DNA of 64,000 nucleotides. Origin: Balanoglossus misakiensis. Its lineage: Eukaryota > Animalia > Hemichordata. Within the stretch, counting starts at the first letter, position 1; each line of letters opens with the position of its first letter. The stretch is from NCBI GenBank assembly GCA_040954595.2, contig CM082587.2, positions 11,103,403-11,167,402 on the forward strand, written 5' to 3'. Under the pieces are notes generated by a model. It was not told the origin of the DNA. It ran no database searches and saw only the letters and a list, made by a program, of their open reading frames with translations. The position numbers were made by a program, and so were the translations under genes. Shown here one piece after another: positions 1-10,811 of the stretch.

Positions 1-300
1 AGAAACATTTGGTGAATTGGTAATAATGCTAATTTATGTTAATTAGGTGACACGCCCATCTAAAATCAATGGGTCTACAAAAGAGAGCCAACGGTGTTAA
101 GTGAGGTGTCTATTCCAATGTTTTCAGGGTCAAGGAATTCAAATATGCAATCGTTTACCTTGTCAGACAAGGTGCAGCATGAAAAATATGCAAAATTAGC
201 TTAATTAGTCATGATGTCATGCTAAAATTGACAACTGAAAGCTAAAGATACGACTTTGGCCTGTCAGGTGTCTATTCATATGTTTTTTGACAAATGTTTG
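1..300. mobile_element. Internal fragment of a non-autonomous DNA transposon, possibly the same Academ-like element that ends at 3638
   Basis: The motif AGGTGTCTATTC..ATGTTTT occurs twice (~104 and ~266), and AATATGCAAA-type motifs recur here and again at ~3317. Family assignment is from recalled motifs only. Confidence 0.35.
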
Positions 301-357
301 CATTTTAATGAATAACTGAAATGAAACTTTTCATATTTGTATGTAATAGCATGTAAA

Positions 358-410
358 AAACAACAAAATCAAACAAACTAACAAACAAACAAACAAATAA
401 ACATACACAA
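358..410 (+). repeat. Degenerate (AAAC)n microsatellite
   Basis: Seen directly: aaacaaactaacaaacaaacaaacaaataaac. Confidence 0.8.
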
Positions 411-880
411 CGAGGATTTAGTGTAGACTGTACATGCTCGCTGGTAACATCGTGACCAACCGCTCCGTTAAAAAACACCAGAACATTGAACGTATGAACG
501 TTTAGGTCCACAATTCACAAGTTATTGAACTATGAATGTATGTTCAATGTTGTGAAAAGCCAAAAACATACTTTTTGCCAACAAAACTGACATTTGTTAA
601 CGTACAAGTTGTTCATTAATAGCGAAAGCACCGTATGGCCACACTCACATTATGCCAGCACCATATATTCATGCTTAGTTATAAGACGTTGAATGCACAC
701 TGATGGCCCGACGTCCTCGGTGTTTTTTTGAAACCCGGTCTCTAACAACAATTTCTCTTCATAAGTAAAGAGTAATGTGTATTTTTATTACGGTTTTATA
801 TATGATACTGTGTGCAAAGTGAAGATTGTGTCAGTGAGGCAACATATATACATGTATGTTTAATCCACTTGGGTGTCGTA

Positions 881-3102
881 CTTGGCTCAGATGTGCGTTA
901 ATGTGTACTAAACAAATTCAGATAGCGAGCCACAATATCTGTTGATGAGTTTCCATGGCAATTTTTTTCAAAATGGCCGCCAATACAGATGATCTCACCC
1001 ACAAAATACCAATTATAAAACACCAAAATAAATTCATATTACAATATTTGAAACAAGAAACTGCTCAAAGAGTAATTTTCAAAATATTTATCATCACTAA
1101 ACTAGTTATAGGGGTAAATACAGGATCGAGATTCAGTCGCTAAAGAAATTCAAGTTTGGTAATAACACCGGTTACAACAAACTTAGTTAAAACACTGTAT
1201 AACCATAGATATATTATAATAGTGGCCTGGCATAAACAAAATTTTCATAACATTTGGGCATTTTGTGATAAAAGTTTAACAAGTAAAGCTCAGTTGATTT
1301 GTTCTTTTCCCCATAAAAATATCTTTGATGAACAAAATTCCAAATTTAGTCAACCCAGGAAAAACGGCATCTTGTTTCTCAACCTTATAAATTGATCTGA
1401 CCAGTTTGAATCAGTGCAGAATCTAGCTTTTCTATTTTATCTTCATCAAATGATTTATGCAAATAAAGAATCACTTCCCCATAAAATGGTGGCAGAAATC
1501 CAGTATCATGACAGTCGATTGGTTTGTTAAAGTTACTATAGAAACTAACTATGTCTAGGTTGCATGTACATAGATAGATGTTAGGAATCCAAATCAAAAT
1601 CTGTTTCAAACTTTTCATCCAATACTTGTCCTTCGGAAAGTGTTTTGATGAAGTCGCTTGAAGTGCTTTGTATTGCTCAAGTTATCGATAATTTTAATTG
1701 CACCTTGATGATAGTCAGCAGTTCTATTTTGACATGTTATTTTGTGTATTTTTGAACCCCCAAAATCAAAGAATAAAATGATAAAGTGAAAATAAGCTTC
1801 AAAACACCAAAAGTCTTCAGGATCACAGCTTTTCTGTAAAGAGTAAGATTTCGCTTACTTCATGCTATTAAATGAAATGAAGTTTTCCGTAATATCTCTT
1901 GCAAAGTCAGATTACACATTGAGATATTAGAATGGAAGTACATTCCAAGTGACTTGTTGGGAGCATTGGGCCACCTAATCCCAGAAAATTGCAATAAGAC
2001 CTGTTTTTTCCATTTACCAATCTAAAGGCCAACTGCTTGTATATTTAGTTGGGTTTCTATAATTAACACACATTTTTGACAATATTTATGGCATGATGGA
2101 CACTATTCTCGACAAATAAAATAATGTTGTGTCCTCCGCTGTAATTTTTATGAGTTTGGAATCATAGACACCATTTATTTTTTGGTCAACTCTGTTAACA
2201 GTCGACAAAATTGCTGGAGTGGAACTGATACATGATCTAAAGTATCAAGACATATGGTCGATTATTAACGTTTCAGCAATTCGACTTAAGTTTCTTAAAT
2301 TTCCTATGGCATTTTGACAAACATCAACGCCCCGAAAAAACGTTGTCAACGCTGCGGTCGCGATTGTGGTCGAAACAAAGCCGACATTTTCGCATGGTTC
2401 GTTACCCGGGGTCCATTTAGATTGCATTGCGTTTGAGGCCCTATGTGTATGTCTGACGACCAATAAACGTGACGACCGCGGACTCAGTTTGGATCAACGT
2501 CTATTTCGGGCAGTAGACTCTCCTATCAAGTTGATAAGGAAATTTTACCAGTCACGAGTAAGCCAAGCCCACATCCGTGTGCAAATCTGATATATCGGTG
2601 ATCTGTTTATATGATTATCATTAGCTAAGGTGGTAAACTGTTGTGATTCATATGTGTAATTTACGTACTGCAAGTTAAATATCGCAATTAGCCTAATGTT
2701 TGACCATAGACAGTATGGTTTGATTTCTAGAGGAGCACCTATTAATCCGAGAACAAAGGGATTAAAAGTTGCGCCGTTAAATTGTGTTTTAATAACTTAC
2801 TTACCCCTATAAGTAGTTTAGTAACCATAATATCTTTGAAAATCATTGTTTCCACAGTTCCTTGTATCAAATATAGAAATCTAAATTTATTTTGGTGTTC
2901 ACAGATGTTATTTGGTGGGTGAAATTATCTGTATTGGTGGCCATTTTGAAAAATTGGTTGCCATGGAAACTCATCAACAGATATTTAGTGGCTCGCTATC
3001 TGAATTTGTTTAGTACACATTAACACACATCTGAGCCAAGTTTGGTGCTTTTATCACAAAATGCACAATCGCTATGAAAATTAGGGTTTGGCCGCTCCAC
3101 TA
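881..3102. mobile_element. Academ-like DNA transposon remnant with long diverged inverted arms (881-~1117 vs ~2799-3040); left terminus truncated
   Basis: cttggctcagatgtgcgttaatgtgtactaaacaaattcagatagcgagccac... at 881 is nearly the reverse complement of ...gtggctcgctatctgaatttgtttagtacacattaacacacatctgagccaag ending at 3040. The right arm runs on to ...gccgctccacta (revcomp TAGTGGAGCGGC); TAG termini are typical of Academ. Confidence 0.65.
1280..2230 (-). pseudogene. Decayed L1-clade (Tx1-like) LINE ORF2 fragment, RT C-terminal region
   Basis: Minus-strand translation gives, in the expected order, KITAEDTTL (degenerate YADDTTL), IRWPNAPNKSLGMY, *SKRNLTLYRKAVILKTFG, KIHKI..DYHQGAIKIID, LPPFYGEV and GILFIKD, with many stops and frameshifts. 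Confidence 0.7.
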
Positions 3103-3638
3103 CAGGGCTTTAGACGGCCATATTGAATTGCCACATCGAGGCTCTTATCTCAAAATGAACTTCACACTTGAAGTATTGTTTTGAACAAGGTTTAAGTCCT
3201 TTATTAAAATAAAGAAAAGGTTATTCTTTCCAATGGTTGTGAGTTTTCAGTACATGTACTGTTACACCTAGCTTTATTATTATTTGGTAGCCAAAAATCA
3301 ACGAATTATTCATACAATATGCAAATTTGTGCATAATTATTGTTTTATTATTGCTATTTTGTGTTTATACAACCAAAAAAGTTGTTGATGTAAACATGTA
3401 GTTTATTTTCATTGTTTAAGGAGGTACGTGAACATTTCTTTGATGCTATTCATGTGAGAATTGCGATCCTTGGCGGCCATATTTGATTTGCCAAAACGAG
3501 GCTCTTATCTCAAAAAGATCTTTTGGGAACAGGCATTTTCGAAATCAGCGTAGTCGAATTGACCAAAAAACATATTTGGTTTGCTTGTACCAAAAAATGC
3601 CAGAGGGGGTCACAATTTCTCAAATCTCCACCTGACTA
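3103..3638. mobile_element. Right end of a second Academ-like element with a subterminal direct repeat
   Basis: Ends ...ctccacctgacta (revcomp TAGTCAGGTGGAG). The repeat cggccatatt.gatt.gcca...cgaggctcttatctcaaaa occurs at ~3114 and ~3474. Confidence 0.5.
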
Positions 3639-3746
3639 AGTGGATTTTTTTCGGATTTATTGGTGCATTGTTGGCTTCCAGGGTTATACTACTAAGTACA
3701 TGTTTGTACTACAGATAACCATAAAACGCATAAAAATGGTGATTGT

Positions 3747-5691
3747 ATGTGGAGTCAATCCTTGTCTTTGTGCACAAGGAGGGTGCATCGTTCACGCATA
3801 AACTCTGTCAGTAAAAATGCACTGTTGCAAATTAAGAAAACCTGCTCTGAAGTGGAAAAAAACAAGGTTCTGTATACAAACTCAACTGAAATAAAAACAA
3901 AAGTTGCAAATATTTTAAAAGTGCTTAAAACTGCTAGCAAGCCTTCATTTAATAATTACAAAGCTTACAAGTACCATATTTCCACATTTTAACGACTGGC
4001 AGAGCATCGATATTATATTTGTATTAACAAATGCGGGATAAGAGTAAAGTAAAAAATAATGTAGTGAAACAAATAAAAACAGTGTGTAATCAACTGCAAG
4101 AGTTTAAAAAATTGCTGCAGTCTGTGTGCAAAATGTCAGGACCTCTAAAACATCATTGCTATAAGCGTCGCCAAGAATTTATAAAAGACAAGTCCATTAT
4201 TATGGCAGAAACCATGATTAAAATACGTTTGTCACAATGCAGTCAAGCCTTACTCCTGTTATGTGACATACAAAGCAGATTCTGTAGACTCAAATCAAAA
4301 TTCCAGGCAATTCAATCTGATAAAAAGATTGCAAGTGGATGTGACATAATTGTTCATCTAAATTCACATGAGTATTTTTTTTCGGCTCACAGATCCATAT
4401 GTCAGCTCCTTGAAAAATGTAATATCTGAGGAATTAAATTTGAATACTGATAGTTTCAAATTATTCTTTCAGGGAAAACCCTTGTATGGACAAATAAATA
4501 TACCAACAAAAGGGGGGATGCATTTATACATTTATATTAGTGGGTTTGGAGGAGTTCTTCCATTAAGTCAGCAGGCTCACCCTGACAAAGAAAAATGTGG
4601 ACCCAAAAAAAGTGTAGCATATCATCAACTCCAAGATGGTACCACATACCGGGTACAGTAAATAAGCCAGACAATTTCAAAGATTGGGTTGTAAAAGAAA
4701 TGAATTTATCTCCATCTGGTTGTCTATGCAATAGCTGAAGAATATGTGTAGAAAAATACTTTGAAGCACAAGCCCAGGGTAGTACCGAACAGGCACCTCA
4801 TCAAAAAGACAAAACGTGTCACATTTGTGGAAATGTCTCTTGCCACAAAACCTGGGTGGATGATAAAACCAGATTTCTAGCCATTGTCATAAACGACCTC
4901 TTCTACTCTAAAATATCCCCACAATCCAGAGTTACTAATGGAGCACTTTACTGAACATAGGGACTATCCTGGATTAAAACTGGATGAAACTAGCACACTG
5001 TGTAAAAAGTGCTACATGTCTTTGTACCGCACAGTAGAAAAATGTAAAGAAAACAATTGTCACTGAAGTGACACAGGGTTATCAAACATTATATGTAAAC
5101 TTCAAGATAATTTGATAATTTTAATCCAGAGGCTGAGCTGGATGAAATAATTTTAATCAAAACAGCAATGCAATGCATGTTGGGGACAAACTGGTTGTTG
5201 GAGAACCCATGTTATTGGTCACAATCTCACCGACATCACATTACACTTCCTTCTTATGAAAACTCAGGATACAATGTGGAAAATGGGAAAATAAATATAC
5301 TGTGGGATTCTGTGGAAAATATGCAGAAGGTTCAAGAGCGTGTGATGTTTTACACAAAAGGGTGTAAATGTAAGAAAACAGGATGCAGGAATAATACATG
5401 TAAATGCAAAAAGAAGGCCATGATGTGTGGCCCAGGCTGTAATTGCCTGAACTGTGTGAACAATACAATAACAAGGGCAGGGAACTGCAGACAGAAACTG
5501 ATGAAATTATTGAAGAAGAAACAAATAATGATGATAATGAAATCACAAATTGTGAAATAGAAGAAATTATTGAGGATGAACAAGAATATGATTTACCAGA
5601 AGAAAATGTTCTCGAAGTTGATGATAGCACCTTGACAGTGATGATGAAATTGCTGGGTAAAACTAGCAAATGTATTTGCCAATGTTACTAA
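3747..5691 (+). pseudogene. Fragmented, probably internally deleted transposon ORF (Academ-like): ubiquitin-like segment, CxxC motifs, C-terminal Cys-rich zinc finger and acidic tail
   Basis: Chain of overlapping + strand ORFs (3747-3992, 4031-4429, 4368-4661, 5168-5560, 5443-5691). The segment YWSQ..LPSYENSGY..I.ILWD..GCKCKKTGCRNNTCKCKKKAMMCGPGCNCLNCVN resembles the Cys8/CXC tail of Academ transposases and is followed, after a frameshift, by a D/E-rich tail. CHICG and LCKKCY occur at ~4820-5015. No catalytic core was recognised. Confidence 0.55.
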
Positions 5692-5708
5692 CTCAGTGTG
5701 GCTGTACG

Positions 5709-5743
5709 TGGCGGGGGGGGGGGGGGGGTAGGGGGGGGGGGGC
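5709..5743 (+). repeat. Poly-G tract (two long G runs separated by TA), G-quadruplex capable
   Basis: Seen directly. Confidence 0.85.
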
Positions 5744-7178
5744 ATGCAACATACGCGGTGACTTGCAAGGAGAGTCAGTATTTCGCATAACCGTAGCCGC
5801 AATAATTGTAGCCCTGGTGGACTGGGTCGTGCAGGTTGGGCTTTAGCTCACACCGTGTGGTTCGCGGCCGGGCGGCTTTAATTAACGCCGGGAACCTACA
5901 GACCTGTACGCATGACTAACTTCGACGCATACACATCGCGCGCAACATCGAAACCCGGAAGAAGTGACCTGGATCAGTCAACACTGCGTCGTTTGCGTTT
6001 GCAAGGCGGCACTACTCCCATATTTGGACTGAAGTACCCTTGAACTTTCCAAATCATTTGATTGAAATATCGTGATGGCTCACGACCTCCTTGACCCCGT
6101 ACCCGTTCGCTGAAAGTTGGCCCGTCGTAGCGTGATAAATCACCGTAATGACTGGTGCCGAGATAGGTCTTGAATTGCAAGAAAATGACGCTAAAAATGG
6201 CGGATTTTTTCGTTATCCCAATAATTACTTTATAATACCTCAGAAAAGTTGATTTTTCTTTTTCTTTCGGGGTTTTAACTGAGATAAACCACTTCTAAAA
6301 ATGTGTTAACATGACAATGGCGAGGGTAGCGAACGCCATGTTTGCAGCTCCCGCGTGTTCGAAAGCGAGGCTCCGGCGATGATAAAATATGCAAATTCAC
6401 TACCCAGTTTCTCGACTGCTACTACTTCCGTCCGTCAAGAATTCATACTATTTTCTAGTAGGGGTGTGTAGCTTTGAGGTGTTGAGGAAGAATTGGAACG
6501 GTGACAGAAATCGGAACGGATTAGCCAACAGTGTTTTCGCTACCCGCTCGCCAAATCGCAAATGCGAGAAAAAGGTTGTGTTTGGCGAGACGATTTTCAA
6601 ACAAATTAGCCAAACTTGTGAAGCACTGCTATCTAACATAGTCGTTTGTTTTGCCATGATCAACTTGCCACGATCAGTGCACTACAACTCGTGAAAGTGG
6701 ACCGCTGTTCTGTTCATTGATCATCACCCCCCTGTATAATGAACATCGCAAGGCAATGCATTGAATTCAGCTCTTCCAGCTAGTGGCCGCACTCACTTGA
6801 TTTCCTGTGTGTGTCTCTGGGGATGCAAGGAATGCATGTATGCGTCTTTTCCTAATTTGCATATTTGGAATGGGTTAGGTCTTCCTTGACTTGAACGCGT
6901 CAAGTGTACAGGTTGTTATGGAAGTTTCTTTTTAGAACCACTAGTGTTAGTCTGTCGGCCCAACCAGCAGAAAAAGGTTCTAGAATTGTCATTATGTTGT
7001 ATAGGAGTTTTGTACTACATGAAATTAGCTGGAAATGACGGGTGGTAAACTATTGATGTGAAATCAGGTCACTTCTACTGAAAATGATGGACCCAGAGAG
7101 CAATGACTATTTTAAATTATTTCATATACTATGGCGCGTAATCGAGGCCAAATTTAACACCTCACTTTTTGAGTGAAA

Positions 7179-7370
7179 CGCATTTGAATCGGACTCCCAA
7201 GCATTTGATTTGAAGGTCGACACTTTTGAATCGGAGGACCACATTCGTTTTGAGCTGACACGCATTTGAATCGGACTCAACCTCATTGGCTTTGAAGGTC
7301 GACACTTTTGAATCGCCGGACCACATTTGTTTTGAGCTGACACGCATTTGAATCGGACTCAACCTCATTT
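7179..7370. repeat. 82-bp tandem unit (~2.3 copies) built of ~20-21-bp TTTGA subunits, inside the left foldback arm; mirrored at ~8935-9128
   Basis: cgcatttgaatcggactc starts at 7179, 7261 and 7343. Confidence 0.85.
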
Positions 7371-7454
7371 GAGTTGGGACAAACCATTTTTGACTTGGGG
7401 TACACTGCATGTGATTTGAGTGACGATACTTTTAAGTTGAGACAAACCGTTTTT

Positions 7455-8229
7455 CAGGGTTCATACACCTAGAGCAATTCAAAATTACAGGAGTTTCCAG
7501 GAGATTTCCAGTAATTTTCCAGGAGTTTTTTTGGTAAAAATGCCATTTTCCAGGATGTTTTACGCAACAAAAAACTTTACTATTACTGTTACATTCACTG
7601 TGATAGTACAAATTTCAATGACCTCCCCATGAAGGCCTAGTAAAACAATTTTCACCAAGAGATCTCCTAGGTTCCCAAATCATTTAATATATTTGGCTAA
7701 AATTTAAGTGACACCCCCCCCCCCCCCACACCCTCGGCCGTAAAAAAAGAACGGTCCCTAAAGCAATGATTTCTGTCGTGATAAAATCGACAAATTACCG
7801 ATGGAAATTACTGCTTTGCTGCTGAAAAAAACACACAAAAACGTCTGCCTTTTTTGCTTCATTTTGACGTCACTAATTGCCCTTGAACATCGATCTCACG
7901 GGTGTCTGCCGCGGTCGTCTGCATACAAAAGTTGCTACATCTTTTGTCAAGTTTTAGATATTTTGTTGCGACCGGAATGCTGAGCTGCGTTAGTTGTTGC
8001 AATTTGTGCATTACTACGTCAATGATACTATTTATAGGACGCCTGTCTAAAGATAACTGGTGCGCTGAGTGAAATGGGCAACGCGTACTGTTTCACGATC
8101 CGGTGAAATGCGATTGTGACTCGCGGTTTTCCAGGAGTTTCAAGGAGAAATTTTGAATTTCCAGGAGATTTCAGGAGTTTCCAGGAGGGGTTTCAAATTC
8201 CGGGAGTTTCCAGGAGCGTACGAACCCTG
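7455..8229. mobile_element. hAT-like MITE nested in the left foldback arm; 12-bp TIR CAGGGTTC(A/G)TAC, 6-bp TSD GTTTTT
   Basis: cagggttcatac at 7455 and gtacgaaccctg ending at 8229. The uninterrupted right arm shows the empty site (revcomp gacaaactGTTTTTgaattt), which fixes the duplication at 6 bp. TTTCCAGGAG repeats cluster near both ends. Confidence 0.88.
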
Positions 8230-9384
8230 GTTTTTGAATTTGAGTCCACCGCGTTCCTTTTGAGGCTCAACTTGTGAATGGGACACCATCTCATTTGATT
8301 TGACTCAGGTTTTTCTTCCAATTGATTGTACCAGAATGTGGCTCTCCGTAAAACAACCCTTCTTTGTAGCGATAAGCTTTGCCCAGACAACATGAAACGT
8401 CACAAAGCGTCATGCCCTGTGTCCGATCACTATGCATACTGGGTATGTTTTCTTTTGAAAAGTAGAAATAGACATTACTTTTTTTTTCTCTTGTAGGCCT
8501 GTCTCATTGTTTCTAATATAACTTTTTGGGAACTTACATGCGTTGCCTACGGGCGGGAACCTATTACTGATATGAAACACACAACCTATATATGGTTCCG
8601 GGTCAGTCCTTCCAGACCCCCCAGTTCAGTAACAGAAAACACCTGTATATATTAATGACGTCATGTGACGTAGGGCATGACGCTTTGTGACGTTTCATGT
8701 TGTCTGGGCAAAGCTAATCGCTACAAAGAAGGGTTGTTTTACGGAGAGCCAAATTCTGGTACAATCAATTGGAAGAAAAACCTGAGTCAAATCAAATGAG
8801 ATGGTGTCCCATTCACAAGTTGAGCCTCAAATGGAACGCGGTGGACTCAAATTCAAAAACAGTTTGTCTCAACTCAAAAGTATCGTCACTCAAATCAAAT
8901 GCAGTGTACCCCAAGTCAAAAATGGTTTGTCCCAACTCAAATGAGGTTGAGTCCGATTCAAATGCGTGTCAGCTCAAAACAAATGTGGTCCGGCGATTCA
9001 AAAGTGTCGACCTTCAAATCAAATGCTTGGGAGTCCGATTCAAATGCGTGTCAGCTCAAAACGAATGTGGTCCTCCGATTCAAAAGTGTCGACCTTCAAA
9101 GCCAATGAGGTTGAGTCCGATTCAAATGGTTTTCACTCAAAAAGTGAGGAGTTAATTTTGGCCTCGATTACGCGCCATACATATACTATGTTCACAACTG
9201 CTATGTACAGCTCCTGTCAATCAGGTCCCGCTGCTCCGCCCTCCAGGGTCCTGGTTCGCCGTTGCCCTGGGCAACGTCAGTCATCTGCAGTTCCACTACA
9301 CTTCACAGTTGCCGTAATTGGAGCCGTAACCATGTGGTCAGCCTCATTGTTTGGACCTTTATGTCCCAGTTTCACTGCAACGCC

Positions 9385-10656
9385 ATGGGACTCACCACTT
9401 ATCTCACCGCTAACTCACTATTGGAACCACTACAATCTGCATACAGACAATACCACAGTACTGAAACCGCTCTCCTGAAAGTTCATGACGACATTTGCAT
9501 GTCTCTCGACTCCGGAAAGTGTGTCATACTTGTCCTTTTGGATCTTTCAGCTGCATTTGACACCATTGACCACAGCTTACTGTTAAACCGGCTCTCGGAC
9601 CTTGGCATTACAGATGTCGCCCTCAAATGGTTCGAATCGTATCTCATGGACAGACATCAGTCAGTAATTATTGGAAATGTCACCAGTAAACCCCGTCCTC
9701 TTCAGTGTGGCGTACCACAAGGGTCAGTCCTCGGACCACTTTTGTTCACCATATACATCTCTCCACAAGGGAAACTTATTCGACAACATGACCTGGAATT
9801 TCACCAATATGCAGATGACAATCAATTATACCTGTCCTTCTCCCAAAATGATTCATCAACCGCTGTCAGTTCCATCGAGGCCGGTATCTGTGACATCAAG
9901 CACTGGATGACGGAAAACATGTTGCAACTCAACGACTCCAAAACAGAAGTTATTCTCATCCGTTCAAAGTTTAACCATTCTCCTGTTCCTTTCGACAGTA
10001 TCACCATTGGCTCCAGTAAAATACAACCAGTTAAATCTGCCCGCAACGTTGGAGTTACCTTCGACAATACTCACATGTTTCACAAGCATATTCAAATAAC
10101 CTGTCAGTCGATATATGCCAACTTACGTCGAATTGGATCCATCAGAAGATATCTCAGTAAGGAAACTTGTCTCACAGTAATACATGCCGTTTTGTCATCT
10201 AAACTGGATTACTGCAATGCATTGCTGTACGGACTTTCTGAATCCAGTATTAATCTACTTCAAAAAGCACAAAATACAGCAGCCAGAATCATTACCCGCA
10301 CGAGGAAATCAAACCACATATCACCAGTTCTTCATAGTCTCCATTGGTTGCCAGCTCGACACAGACTCGACTACAAAATTCTACTACTAACATACAAGGC
10401 TCTCAACCGTCTTGCCCCAGTCTACATTCAGGATCTGATCAAGCCATATAAGCCTAGTCGTGCTCTGCGCTCCAGCTCAAGGAACCAGTTGTGTGTACCA
10501 AAGTACAGACTCAAAACATATGGTGGACGTGCCTTTTCCGTTGTCGCGCCACAACTTTGGAATTCTCTGCCATCTGACATTCAACAGGCTTCTAGTCTCA
10601 ACATTTTCAAACAAAAACTCAAGACATTTCTATTTCTCAAAGCCTACGAACACTGA
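9385..10656 (+). CDS. Partial L2 ORF2 reverse transcriptase (endonuclease and N-terminal RT motifs missing)
   Basis: Motifs QSAYRQYHSTETALLKV, LLDLSAAFDTIDH, GVPQGSVLGPLLFTIY, QYADD, LDYCNALL and LHWLP in an uninterrupted frame. LINE similarity appears to begin at ~9391. Confidence 0.85.
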   Translation: MGLTTYLTANSLLEPLQSAYRQYHSTETALLKVHDDICMSLDSGKCVILVLLDLSAAFDTIDHSLLLNRLSDLGITDVALKWFESYLMDRHQSVIIGNVTSKPRPLQCGVPQGSVLGPLLFTIYISPQGKLIRQHDLEFHQYADDNQLYLSFSQNDSSTAVSSIEAGICDIKHWMTENMLQLNDSKTEVILIRSKFNHSPVPFDSITIGSSKIQPVKSARNVGVTFDNTHMFHKHIQITCQSIYANLRRIGSIRRYLSKETCLTVIHAVLSSKLDYCNALLYGLSESSINLLQKAQNTAARIITRTRKSNHISPVLHSLHWLPARHRLDYKILLLTYKALNRLAPVYIQDLIKPYKPSRALRSSSRNQLCVPKYRLKTYGGRAFSVVAPQLWNSLPSDIQQASSLNIFKQKLKTFLFLKAYEH

Positions 10657-10746
10657 TGTTATACTTTCAGCGCCTTTGGAAATAACATTGTTATTGATTC
10701 TGGCGCTTTATAAATGTTTGTTTTGATTGATTGATTGATTGATTGA
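9391..10746 (+). mobile_element. 5'-truncated L2-clade (CR1 group) LINE with 3' stem-loop and (TTGA)6 tail
   Basis: RT ORF up to 10656; 3'UTR stem agcgcc...ggcgct followed by ttataaat; TTGA tail at 10723-10746. No TSD found. Confidence 0.9.
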
Positions 10747-10811
10747 CGACCGAACGATTTTCTTCTTTGTGTAAGGTTTTCATTGATGTAAATCCTGCTG
10801 TTGTCATTATA

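Larger units (their letters stand above)
7130..9179. mobile_element. Non-autonomous foldback DNA transposon: 508-bp TIRs, 253-bp spacer, 7-bp TSD CATATAC
   Basis: Left arm 7130-7454 plus 8236-8418 is the reverse complement of right arm 8672-9179. Termini are TATGGCGCG...CGCGCCATA, and CATATAC lies at 7123-7129 and 9180-9186. Confidence 0.9.

Noticed and set aside
432-745. Possible MITE with aaaaaacacc / ggtgtttttt inverted motifs
   Set aside because: The match is too short, and no termini or TSD could be defined.
5974-6694. Short ORFs 5974-6180, 6389-6694 and 6448-6663 as host exons
   Set aside because: No recognisable domain and no splice support.
9262-9384. Listed N-terminus of the 464-aa ORF
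   Set aside because: It starts at TTG and has no LINE similarity before ~9391; treated as open-frame flank.
7122-9478. ORFs 7122-7343, 7162-7410, 8193-8393, 8769-9155, 8899-9108 and 8966-9478
   Set aside because: These are translations of the repetitive foldback arms, mirrored on both strands.
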